Part shown: positions 1 to 8,938 of the stretch, piece by piece
How positions within the stretch are numbered: position 1 is the first letter of the stretch
How the letters are laid out: each line of letters starts with the position of its first letter
NCBI GenBank assembly: GCA_030265965.1
Contig: JAJDHA010000001.1
Location: 1 to 63,393 of the forward strand
DNA length: 63,393 nucleotides
Reading direction: 5' to 3'
DNA from: Odoribacter sp. OttesenSCG-928-L07
GTDB lineage: Bacteria; Bacteroidota; Bacteroidia; Bacteroidales; BM520
Program-made: the position numbers and the translations under genes
Notes under the pieces: model-generated
Database searches by the model: none
What the model was told of the DNA's origin: nothing
Seen by the model: only the letters and a program-made list of their open reading frames with translations

Positions 1-47
1 CATCGGGAATTTCGAACGGTAGCCTCGTGATATGTGCCATTTTCCCA

Positions 48-66
48 CGCGCGCCATAGGTGCGCG
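48..66. repeat. GC-rich REP-like hairpin
   Basis: CGCGCGCC-ATA-GGTGCGCG (8-bp stem, one G-T pair) in a GC-rich patch at the window edge, preceded by CGGTAGC at 17-23. Confidence 0.4.
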
Positions 67-136
67 ACGAAACGATGTAAACAAAACAGTTGAGAAATGA
101 AAGTTTCGAAATGTTTTATCAAAAGTTAAATTTTGT

Positions 137-144
137 TATATTTG
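137..144 (+). promoter_or_regulatory. Bacteroidetes sigma-A -7 element
   Basis: TATATTTG matches TAnnTTTG, 26 nt before the ATG at 171. Confidence 0.65.
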
Positions 145-170
145 CATAAAATTACAAAATCAAAAATAGA

Positions 171-1409
171 ATGAAAAAACTTATTTCAATATCAATCTTT
201 ATTTTCATTGCAACTTGTCTTTTTGCGCAGGTTAATCCTATTGAACAGGAGATTATAAATCAGAAAGAAACAAAGTCAGTAATAATATACAAAGGCAAAG
301 AATACATGAAGGAAAAACTAATCGAAGGGGATCTTGATAAATTTAAAGAAATCAAAGATTATTTAATTTATAATATTGAGGATGAATATCATTCTGTCTT
401 TAGTAGTGATGAATATATACTTGTTTTGTATTACACCCGTGAATATGAAACTTTAGGAAATATAATTTTAATGGATATTCATAATAGAAATAAAAGTTAC
501 TTCATCTATGGAAATGAGATATTAAAATATAATTTAAGTAGTGTTCTGGTAAAAAAGGCAGAGGTTGATGCTGACAAAATTAAATCATGGATATTTGAAT
601 CAAATATTGCACATGATCTTAGAGATTTCTTAATTTTATACTTCAATTATATATATAGCTCAAAATTAGGCTTTTCTCAAGATAATTTAAACGAATTATC
701 TGAACAATTTGTAAAGAAATATCCAAAGAGTAAGTATATTTCTTACATTTTGGGTAACATAAGTAATATGAGAAATAAACTTTATGTTAAAAGCAATTGG
801 GGATGGACTATTAATGTTGGATTAGGCTGCGGTATTTTGTCGGGGACATTGAAAGATTATTACAAACATTATGGAATCATTGATGTATCTTTTGATATAT
901 TTTATAAAAAATTTGCGTTACTTTCTGACATGTATTTCGGTCTAAGTAAAAACAAAAAGCCACTTGAATATTCGACAGGAATGCTGAATAAAGGCTCCAG
1001 ATATAGTACTGTATCTATTAATACTGCTTTTGGATATGGCATTTACAATAATCATAAAATAAAAATTACTCCATACATAGGAGTTGGTTACATAAGTATT
1101 GGTCCTGAAAGTGATAAATTACCAGACGAAGTAAGGGAATTGGAATTGGAATCTATAACATATAACATTGGATGCTTTTTTGATTATAAAACATCAAGTA
1201 GAGAAAATTCCTATTCTGTTTTTACCCATCATTCGAATCTCACTTTGTTTTATTTTAGAATGGGTTATTCCTATAATATTCCAAGATTTGAAAAAAAACA
1301 TCCTGAAATAACAGGTGGGGTACATCTAATCAAAGTAATGGTAGGATGGGAGTTTAGAAAATGGGTTAAAAACAAAAATCTCAAAGCAGAAAATCCTTGG
1401 TTAAACTAA
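171..1409 (+). CDS. Secreted hypothetical protein with probable C-terminal outer-membrane beta-barrel
   Basis: Signal peptide MKKLISISIFIFIATCLFA; helical N-half; C-half has aromatic amphipathic strands (WGWTINVGLG, ITPYIGVGY, VMVGWEF). Confidence 0.6.
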   Translation: MKKLISISIFIFIATCLFAQVNPIEQEIINQKETKSVIIYKGKEYMKEKLIEGDLDKFKEIKDYLIYNIEDEYHSVFSSDEYILVLYYTREYETLGNIILMDIHNRNKSYFIYGNEILKYNLSSVLVKKAEVDADKIKSWIFESNIAHDLRDFLILYFNYIYSSKLGFSQDNLNELSEQFVKKYPKSKYISYILGNISNMRNKLYVKSNWGWTINVGLGCGILSGTLKDYYKHYGIIDVSFDIFYKKFALLSDMYFGLSKNKKPLEYSTGMLNKGSRYSTVSINTAFGYGIYNNHKIKITPYIGVGYISIGPESDKLPDEVRELELESITYNIGCFFDYKTSSRENSYSVFTHHSNLTLFYFRMGYSYNIPRFEKKHPEITGGVHLIKVMVGWEFRKWVKNKNLKAENPWLN

Positions 1410-1835
1410 CTCAATATTCACCGCATTCATCCCCCTATTACCTTTCTCCAAAGTAAAAGTAACAATATTTCCTTCGGCGATATTTTCAGGCGCCATGCTG
1501 ATGTGGAAAAAATATTTATTTACACTTGCTAAGTCCTTTATAAATCCAAATCCTTTAGCTTCATTGAAATGTTCAACACGACCTTTTAAAACAAGAATTT
1601 CTTCCTTGTCTTTTTTCGGAATTGAAATAATAATATCCTCTTGCTCAATATCTTCCTCTTTATCTTGCAATTCAGGCGGCGTTGATGTAATATTCCCGTG
1701 AGCATCAACGTAAGCTATCATATCATCGAAGTCGGATTTACCCGTAATCTTCTTTTCTTCCTTACGTTTTTGCTTATCTAATTTCTTTTGTTGTCTCTTT
1801 TTTTCGTTTTCTCTTTTGTTTGATGATATTGCCAT
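1401..1835 (-). CDS. Cold-shock domain protein (Bacteroidetes long form)
   Basis: C-terminal CSD: GRVEHFNEAKGFGFI, YFFHIS, GMNAVNI; Lys-rich N-terminus. Confidence 0.9.
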   Translation of the reverse strand: MAISSNKRENEKKRQQKKLDKQKRKEEKKITGKSDFDDMIAYVDAHGNITSTPPELQDKEEDIEQEDIIISIPKKDKEEILVLKGRVEHFNEAKGFGFIKDLASVNKYFFHISMAPENIAEGNIVTFTLEKGNRGMNAVNIELV

Positions 1836-1867
1836 ATATAAAATTTTGATTATTAATCTATTAAAAC

Positions 1868-2992
1868 TTAAACTGCTGTTACAGCCTGATTGATTTTTAC
1901 TCCCATTAATTTTTGAATACCGTTAACCAATTTTCTTTCTTCTTGGGAACAAAATGATACGGCTCTGCCTGAATGTCCTGCTCTACCTGTTCTTCCAATA
2001 CGATGAATGTATGTTTCAGGTACTTCCGGAAGATCGAAATTTATCACCAAAGGTAATTCATTTATATCAATTCCGCGCGAAGCAATATCTGTAGCAACTA
2101 TTACTCGAGTTTTCCCGGTCTTAAAATTAGATAGAGCTGTTTGTCGAGAAGTTTGACTTTTATTTCCGTGCAAAGCTTCACTTCCGATACCTGCTTTAAC
2201 AAGTTTTTTCACAATATTGTTAGCATTATGTTTTGTGCGTGAAAAAACTAATACCGATTGATTTTTCTCTTCTTTTAAAATAGAAATCAACAGATTACTT
2301 TTATCTTTTTTCTCCACAAAGTACAATAATTGTTCAATTTGTTCTGTTGGTGCTGATTCTGTCGAAATATTAATTCTAACAGGATTCTTTAATATCTTAT
2401 TTGTTAATGATGTTATTGAAGAAGGAATTGTTGCAGAGAACAATAGAGTTTGTCTTCTCTCAGGAAGTTTTGATATAATACGTTTTATATCATTAATAAA
2501 TCCCATATCAAGCATTCTATCTGCTTCATCCAACACAAAATAACGAATATCATTTAATTTGATATAACCTTGATTTATTAAGTCGAGCAAACGCCCCGGT
2601 GTCGCTACGAGTATATCAATACCCTTACGCAACATTTTATTTTGAGGCTCTTGGTTCACTCCGCCGAATATTACTCCATGTTTTATGTTTGTATATTTTG
2701 CATAATCTTTAATACAGTCGCTGATTTGCAAAGCAAGCTCGCGTGTGGGAGTTAATATTAATGCTTGTATTTTACGCGATTTATCTTGAATTTGTTGCGA
2801 TTGCAATAATTGAATAATAGGTATTGTAAATGATGCTGTTTTCCCAGTGCCTGTTTTTGCGCAACCAATAATATCTCTTTTAGAAAGTATTACTGGTATG
2901 GCTTGTTCTTGTATCTCAGTAGGCTTTTCATAACCTTGTTCTTCTACTGCTTTTAATATTTGTGGTATTATGTTTAATTCTTTAAATGTCAT
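1868..2992 (-). CDS. DEAD-box RNA helicase (RhlE-like)
   Basis: AKTGTGKT, PTRELA, TPGRL, DEAD, SAT, HRIGRTGRAG. Confidence 0.95.
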   Translation of the reverse strand: MTFKELNIIPQILKAVEEQGYEKPTEIQEQAIPVILSKRDIIGCAKTGTGKTASFTIPIIQLLQSQQIQDKSRKIQALILTPTRELALQISDCIKDYAKYTNIKHGVIFGGVNQEPQNKMLRKGIDILVATPGRLLDLINQGYIKLNDIRYFVLDEADRMLDMGFINDIKRIISKLPERRQTLLFSATIPSSITSLTNKILKNPVRINISTESAPTEQIEQLLYFVEKKDKSNLLISILKEEKNQSVLVFSRTKHNANNIVKKLVKAGIGSEALHGNKSQTSRQTALSNFKTGKTRVIVATDIASRGIDINELPLVINFDLPEVPETYIHRIGRTGRAGHSGRAVSFCSQEERKLVNGIQKLMGVKINQAVTAV

Positions 2993-3352
2993 GTTTTTTT
3001 CTAATTATATATTTTTCCTCTATTTTCGTCGATCAATCTCAGATCTCATTTATAATATATGTATCAAAATCTTAATAAAATAAATTCTACCATTACCTAT
3101 ATGAGACAACATAAGCAGTTTAAACTTTAAATAAGATTAAATGGAAAATTTCTAAAGGGGATGGATTCGAAACTCTAAAAATAATTTGTTTAAGTCATTA
3201 TCGTTAACATTATAACTTAAACTTGTAATGTAAATGTTCATTAAAAATTGTTTAAATAAATACTAAGTGATTGAGAGGGAAAGATTAAAAGGAGAGACAA
3301 CAAATAATAATGAAGAACTGTACTAAAAAAAATTCTAACTCAATTTCGATTG

Positions 3353-3360
3353 CAAAGATA
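3353..3360 (-). promoter_or_regulatory. -7 element of helicase/cold-shock operon
   Basis: TATCTTTG on minus strand, ~360 nt upstream of the helicase ATG. Confidence 0.6.
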
Positions 3361-3497
3361 ACACAATTATTGATTGATAAGCTATTTCGACAATAATTTA
3401 TTATTTTTACTATACTGAAATACAAAAATTAATTCTGTTTGCACAATCAATTGCAATTTATTATTTTTGCACGATATTAACAACAAAACTAAAATCT

Positions 3498-4079
3498 ATG
3501 AGAAATCACATTTTTATTTTAATCATTTTATTTGGGGTCATTATGAATTCATGTAACACTAATGAAAAACAATTCGAAAGAATTGATATTAAAGATTTAA
3601 AAGAAAATACTTTTGAACTATTTAACGACAATTGGTTTGTTGTAACAGCAGGAGAAGACAATAACTTTAATCCTATGACTATCAGCTGGGGTGGCTTTGG
3701 TATATTATGGGGATATCCTGTTGCCACAATTTATATTAGAGATTCGCGCTATACTTATCAGTTTATTGATGAGGGACATTATTTTACTTTATGCGCTTTT
3801 GACGAAGAATACAGAGATAAAGCATCTTACTTTGGAACCGTTTCAGGCAGAGATGAAGATAAAATTAAAAATTCCGGTTTAACTCCTCAATACACATTAC
3901 AAGGTAATATGTATTTTAAAGAAGCGCGGTTAGTAATCGAATGCGAAAAGATCTTTTTTAATGATATGATTAAAGAAAATATTCTTGATGATAAAGCAAG
4001 AGATTTTTACAGCGGAGCTGAAGAAGCATACCATACAATGTTCGTTGGCAAGATTATTAATGTTTGGGAGAAAAAATAA
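3498..4079 (+). CDS. Flavin reductase-like (flavoredoxin) protein with lipoprotein-type signal
   Basis: NPMTISWGGFGILW, RDSRYT, GTVSGRDEDKI, YHTMFVGKI; hydrophobic N-terminus ending MNSC. Confidence 0.85.
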   Translation: MRNHIFILIILFGVIMNSCNTNEKQFERIDIKDLKENTFELFNDNWFVVTAGEDNNFNPMTISWGGFGILWGYPVATIYIRDSRYTYQFIDEGHYFTLCAFDEEYRDKASYFGTVSGRDEDKIKNSGLTPQYTLQGNMYFKEARLVIECEKIFFNDMIKENILDDKARDFYSGAEEAYHTMFVGKIINVWEKK

Positions 4080-4852
4080 TGATTTTCTATTTTTCTGGGA
4101 CAGATAATTCTCTGTGGGTTACGAGAAATCTTGCCGAATATCTTGAAGATGAAAAGGTAATTGCAATTGGAGATTATTTTTCACTTGGAAATGAATTAAT
4201 TCCGAAATTTTCAGTAGAAGAAAATGAAAGAATTGGATTTGTATTTCCAACTCACTCTTGGGGAATTCCTCCAATAGTAAAACAATTTATCAAAAAGCTT
4301 GAAATTGATAATTATAAAAAGAATCTCATATATGCTATAGTAACATGTGGTGATCAATGTGGCTATACCGATAAAATGCTTCAAAAACTTTTTCGAGAAA
4401 AAGCATGGAAAACAGAGCATATCTATTCTTTACAAATGCCAAATAATTATATTATATTTCCATCATTTGATGTTGATAATAAAGAACTTGAAGAGCAGAA
4501 AAAAGTTAGAGCAGAAAAAACCTTACCTGTAATTATGCAATTGATATTAGATGATTACCCACTGGATTATTATACAAAAGGGAATGCAGCATTTCTTAAA
4601 TCTCGAATAATACATCCTCTTTTCTGCAAGTATGCCATGAATGACAAAGATTTTTATGCTGATGACAAATGTATTTCATGCGGAATATGCTCAAATGTCT
4701 GTCCGGTAAAGAATGTAATTTTACATGAAGCTAAACCCAAGTGGTTGGGAAACTGCACTCAATGTCTTGCTTGCATTCATCATTGTCCGGAAACCGCAAT
4801 ACAATATGGTAATAAAACCCAGAATAAGGGAAGATATACTTTTTACAATTAG
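4079..4852 (+). CDS. EFR1-family ferredoxin (flavodoxin domain + 2x4Fe-4S)
   Basis: MIFYFSGTDNS flavodoxin start; CISCGICSNVCP and CTQCLACIHHCP; ATG overlaps upstream stop (TAATG). Confidence 0.85.
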   Translation: MIFYFSGTDNSLWVTRNLAEYLEDEKVIAIGDYFSLGNELIPKFSVEENERIGFVFPTHSWGIPPIVKQFIKKLEIDNYKKNLIYAIVTCGDQCGYTDKMLQKLFREKAWKTEHIYSLQMPNNYIIFPSFDVDNKELEEQKKVRAEKTLPVIMQLILDDYPLDYYTKGNAAFLKSRIIHPLFCKYAMNDKDFYADDKCISCGICSNVCPVKNVILHEAKPKWLGNCTQCLACIHHCPETAIQYGNKTQNKGRYTFYN

Positions 4853-4873
4853 AATTTGAGTTAACTGATGAAC

Positions 4874-5851
4874 TTACTTTATCTTAATATTTATCGTAAG
4901 TTTGTTGTACCATTCAATTGTTTGACTGTCGTACCGATTATAGTCAAACTTTGACATTATTGCAATGCTATAATTACTTGTGCGAAATAGAATAATTTCA
5001 TTTTCAAGATTAACATTAAATTTACTTATCCATTTTTCCGATAAGAATTTATCTTCTCCCGGAAAAAATATTCTTCCGCTATTTTTTATTCTTACATAAT
5101 GTTTAAAATCTTTTTCAAAATAGAAATTTATTGACAAGCCTAATCTGTTAATCAAAACTTTACCTGAATTTACTCCATTAATAATTTTTTCATCTAAATT
5201 TTCATAAATCTTTTGGTTGAGCATTATCGTTGATTGTACTGATGCAAAGTTTACCGAAAAACGTTTTGTAACTTTCTTATTATCTTCGAAATAAAATCCT
5301 AAGGAATATTGAAATTGACCCGGTGATAAAAAACTTGAAATCAACAAACCATCTTCAAAAGAATTAAATAATTGAGAGTTAAAAGCACTAATAACGTTAA
5401 ATTTTATTTTCTTTGATTTGTATATAATCGATTGATTTAGATTTAACTCATCTAAGGTGATTGAAAACTTTTTATTTGATTCAAAATTATATCCAAAAGA
5501 ATAGTTTGAAATCAAATTATAATTGATGTTTTTTGATAAATATTTCAATGAAAAATATGTTGATACATCGCCGCTAAGATTGTACATTGAAATATTTTCC
5601 TCGATAAACTCATTCGAATTGACGCCTAAGGTTACAAAGTACAATTCGGCGTTTAGCAACCAACTTTTTTGGGGAACATAAAGAGGAATGCTTTCATCTA
5701 AGATCATCTTGTAATAATCATTTGACAGATAATCTTTTAGTGAAACGCATAACGAAATTTGATTGTTTATTTTATTTGGATAATATACGTTTAAAAATGT
5801 ATTCTCCATCATAAATAAAATCGCCAACACAGTGAAATAAAATACATCCAT
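4874..5851 (-). CDS. Hypothetical outer-membrane beta-barrel (DUF3078-like)
   Basis: Beta-strand-rich with SSFLSPG segment and C-terminal KLTINIKIK strand; family call is by resemblance only. Confidence 0.45.
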   Translation of the reverse strand: MDVFYFTVLAILFMMENTFLNVYYPNKINNQISLCVSLKDYLSNDYYKMILDESIPLYVPQKSWLLNAELYFVTLGVNSNEFIEENISMYNLSGDVSTYFSLKYLSKNINYNLISNYSFGYNFESNKKFSITLDELNLNQSIIYKSKKIKFNVISAFNSQLFNSFEDGLLISSFLSPGQFQYSLGFYFEDNKKVTKRFSVNFASVQSTIMLNQKIYENLDEKIINGVNSGKVLINRLGLSINFYFEKDFKHYVRIKNSGRIFFPGEDKFLSEKWISKFNVNLENEIILFRTSNYSIAIMSKFDYNRYDSQTIEWYNKLTINIKIK

Positions 5852-5888
5852 TCATATATTATCAATTTAATTTGCTTATTTTTTATAA

Positions 5889-5914
5889 ACGGTTCCCGTT
5901 TTTGCGGGAACCGT
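5889..5914 (-). terminator. Intergenic hairpin (weak terminator or stabiliser)
   Basis: ACGGTTCCCG-N6-CGGGAACCGT perfect 10-bp stem; only a short U tail on the minus strand. Confidence 0.6.
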
Positions 5915-5948
5915 GTGAAAAAACTACTAGTAAAACTTGTCAATATTC

Positions 5949-6461
5949 CTATAATGGAATATGAATTTTCACTTTACCGTTTTCAAAACTTACTTTGTAA
6001 CTTCCGGCACTAACTTTCTTTTCTCCTCTTATACCCAATTCCATCATAACTTCTGCCGGAATAGTAAACGCTTGGTCGAACTTAATTCCGCTTTTACTTG
6101 ATGAAATGTTCTTTGATAAGATGTCATCTCCCTTAATATCAGATTCTTCAAGAAAAAGTACAAGTTCTTTGCCTGTGTTTTCTATTTCACCAAACATTCC
6201 ATCATCATTACCCTTGCTGTTTTTGCCAAAAGTTACAGACAATCTTATTTCGCAAATTCCAAAACCGGGAACACAATCACCATTAATCCATCTTCCCCAG
6301 TAAATCCTAAGTCTTAGTTTAGGCCTCTTTTCTTGTGCTAAACTTAAAGCTTCAGATTCTACTTCATCATTTACAACCGGAATACTGCTTGTATTCGCAT
6401 AATTTAATCCGACACACATAACCGTGATCAGAATTAATAAAAACATTTTTTTCATAATCAT
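5949..6461 (-). CDS. Secreted hypothetical protein with Cys pair
   Basis: Signal peptide MKKMFLLILITVMCVGLNYA; motif WGRWINGDCVPGFGIC. Confidence 0.7.
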   Translation of the reverse strand: MIMKKMFLLILITVMCVGLNYANTSSIPVVNDEVESEALSLAQEKRPKLRLRIYWGRWINGDCVPGFGICEIRLSVTFGKNSKGNDDGMFGEIENTGKELVLFLEESDIKGDDILSKNISSSKSGIKFDQAFTIPAEVMMELGIRGEKKVSAGSYKVSFENGKVKIHIPL

Positions 6462-6654
6462 TTAATTTTTAATTGCGTCTACTCTTTTAGGATTTTCGAC
6501 TTACTCCTTAGTTTTAGGATCCTACTTTTATATTAATATGCACAAAACATGAGAACATTACCTTATATTAACTTTTTTTAATGATATTTTCATTTTTAGC
6601 TCAAAATAAAGTCTTGTATTTTATTATCTTTGCAGCGTTAAAGAAAATTTTATC

Positions 6655-7143
6655 ATGAAATTTAAAGGTATCTGTTTATTAATATTAGCCACTATTGTAC
6701 TATCAAGTTGTAATAAGCAAAAGGTATATTTTACACAAAATTATACTTTTGAAAATGGAATATGGCCACGCTTTGAACATGTTAAGTTTGAAGTGCCAAT
6801 TAATCCTGATAATAGTTATGATATGATCCTTGAAGTCAATTATGATCCGAATATTAATTATAATGTTTTACCACTGCATATTATTACAACAACTGATGAT
6901 GGAGAGGAGCGAATTAAGGAATTTCAATTCAGGTTAAAGGATGCTTATGAGTTTCGTGGTGAAATGCAAGATAATGGTACTATAACTTACTCTCAAGTTA
7001 TTAGAGCAAATTTTTCTGTAAATCAAGCTACAAAATACAATATTGATATTGAATGTTTCTATCCAAAATATGAAATACCTTTTATTAATTCTCTAACATT
7101 AAAGTTAGTAAAAGCGCCTTCATCTAAAGTCAAGAAGAATTAG
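6655..7143 (+). CDS. GldH-like lipoprotein
   Basis: Lipobox LSSC; W-x6-FEV and YNVLPL motifs; size typical of GldH family; TATCTTTG promoter at 6625-6632. Confidence 0.6.
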   Translation: MKFKGICLLILATIVLSSCNKQKVYFTQNYTFENGIWPRFEHVKFEVPINPDNSYDMILEVNYDPNINYNVLPLHIITTTDDGEERIKEFQFRLKDAYEFRGEMQDNGTITYSQVIRANFSVNQATKYNIDIECFYPKYEIPFINSLTLKLVKAPSSKVKKN

Positions 7144-7161
7144 TATCCTAAATAAAATTTT

Positions 7162-7719
7162 ATGGATATTATTAATGTAATTGAAAAATATTTCCCTCCG
7201 GAAACAGATTCTTATAAGATATATATTCAACATGTTAAAGCTGTTGCAAATGCTGTGGAAAAAATTTGCGACTACAATAAACATCTTAATATTGACAAAA
7301 GTTTTGTCAAAAATGCTGCTCTGTTACATGATATTGGAATATGTATGGTAGATGCGCCAAAACTTCATTGCTATGGATTTGTGCCTTATATTCAACATGG
7401 AATAATGGGGCGACTTATTCTTGAAGATGAAAAACTTGAAGAATATGCTTTGGTTTGTGAAAGACATATTGGAACGGGAATTTTTAAGGATGATATCATC
7501 TCCAACAAATTACCACTTCCCATAAAAGATATGTACCCGATAAGTATCGAGGAAAAAGTTGTGGCTTACGCTGATAAGTTTTTTTCTAAATCTCAAAATG
7601 AACTCGCAAAACCTAAAGCAATTGAAGATATAAAAAATGATATTGCTAAATACGGCAAAAAACATTTGATAATCTTTGATGAATGGTGCAAATTATTCGG
7701 CTATAAATACATTTATTAA
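7162..7719 (+). CDS. HD/HDIG-domain phosphohydrolase
   Basis: H..AV, ALLHDIG, HG..G, CERHIGTG, YADKFFSK. Confidence 0.9.
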   Translation: MDIINVIEKYFPPETDSYKIYIQHVKAVANAVEKICDYNKHLNIDKSFVKNAALLHDIGICMVDAPKLHCYGFVPYIQHGIMGRLILEDEKLEEYALVCERHIGTGIFKDDIISNKLPLPIKDMYPISIEEKVVAYADKFFSKSQNELAKPKAIEDIKNDIAKYGKKHLIIFDEWCKLFGYKYIY

Positions 7720-7729
7720 TATAAATAAG

Positions 7730-8881
7730 ATGGAACAAAAAAAAATAGGAATACTCGGTTCTACGGGTTCAATAGGAACGCAAACAATAGAAATTGTTAA
7801 AGAACATCCTGAACTGTTTGTAATTGAAGCATTAGCTGCCGGAAGTAATGCCGAACTTTTAATCAAACAAGCGCTTGATTGTAATCCGAATGCTGTTGTA
7901 ATTGCCGACAAAAACAAATACAAATATGTTGCAGATATTTTGCAACCAAAAGGAATAAAGGTTTATACTGGTACGGAATCTGTAAATAAGTTTTGCGATG
8001 TTGCTGAAATGGATACTATTGTTCATGGTATTACCGGATTTGCAGGCTTCTCACCAACTTATTACGCTATCCTTGCCGGTAAAACCATTGCGTTGGCTAA
8101 TAAGGAAAGTTTGGTTGTTGGTAATGATATTATTATTGAACTTGCTCGCAAACACAAATCTGCAATTTTACCCGTTGATTCGGAACATTCAGCAATCTTC
8201 CAATGTTTGCAAGGTGAAGGACTTAATGAAATTCAACGATTGATTCTCACGGCATCAGGCGGACCTTTCAGAAATTATGATATTTCCGACTTGGAAAGTG
8301 TTACTCCTGAGATGGCTCTAAATCACCCTACATGGAAAATGGGCGCAAAAATCACAATCGACTCCGCAAGCTTAATGAATAAAGGCTTTGAAATAATTGA
8401 AGCAAAACTCCTCTTTGATGTTGATGTAAATAATATTGATGTGGTTATTCATCCTCAATCGATTATCCACTCAATGGTTGAGTTTGTAGACAATTCTATT
8501 AAAGCGCAAATGGGCTATCCGTCAATGAAAATTCCAATTCAGTACGCTTTATCCTATCCTTATCGAGTTCAATCTCAAAGTAAAACGTTTGACTTCAACC
8601 AATTTAACCAATTAACTTTTGAACAAGTTGATCATAAAAAATTTCCATGTTTAAATTTAGCTAAAGAAGCATGTAAAATTGGAGGAAGTATGACCGCCGT
8701 TTTAAATGCCGCCAACGAAGCCGCTGTTTATTCATTCTTAGATAATAAAATAAAATTTACCGATATTCCTAAAATTATTACTAAGGCAATGGAAAATCAC
8801 AATGTGATAAATAATCCAACTTATGATGATTTATTGGCGGTGGATAAGGAGACAAGAGAACAAATAATATATGCCTATTAA
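7730..8881 (+). CDS. dxr: 1-deoxy-D-xylulose-5-phosphate reductoisomerase
   Basis: LGSTGSIG, LANKESLV, PVDSEHSA, TASGGPFR, WKMGAKITIDSA; start moved to ATG 7730. Confidence 0.97.
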   Translation: MEQKKIGILGSTGSIGTQTIEIVKEHPELFVIEALAAGSNAELLIKQALDCNPNAVVIADKNKYKYVADILQPKGIKVYTGTESVNKFCDVAEMDTIVHGITGFAGFSPTYYAILAGKTIALANKESLVVGNDIIIELARKHKSAILPVDSEHSAIFQCLQGEGLNEIQRLILTASGGPFRNYDISDLESVTPEMALNHPTWKMGAKITIDSASLMNKGFEIIEAKLLFDVDVNNIDVVIHPQSIIHSMVEFVDNSIKAQMGYPSMKIPIQYALSYPYRVQSQSKTFDFNQFNQLTFEQVDHKKFPCLNLAKEACKIGGSMTAVLNAANEAAVYSFLDNKIKFTDIPKIITKAMENHNVINNPTYDDLLAVDKETREQIIYAY

Positions 8882-8886
8882 ACTTC

Positions 8887-8923
8887 TACTCAAGGTTTGT
8901 TATACTATCACAAACCTTGAGTA
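8887..8923. terminator. Hairpin between convergent dxr and T9SS-cargo gene
   Basis: TACTCAAGGTTTGT / ACAAACCTTGAGTA perfect 14-bp inverted repeat. Confidence 0.75.
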
Positions 8924-8938
8924 AAAGTCATATTATTT

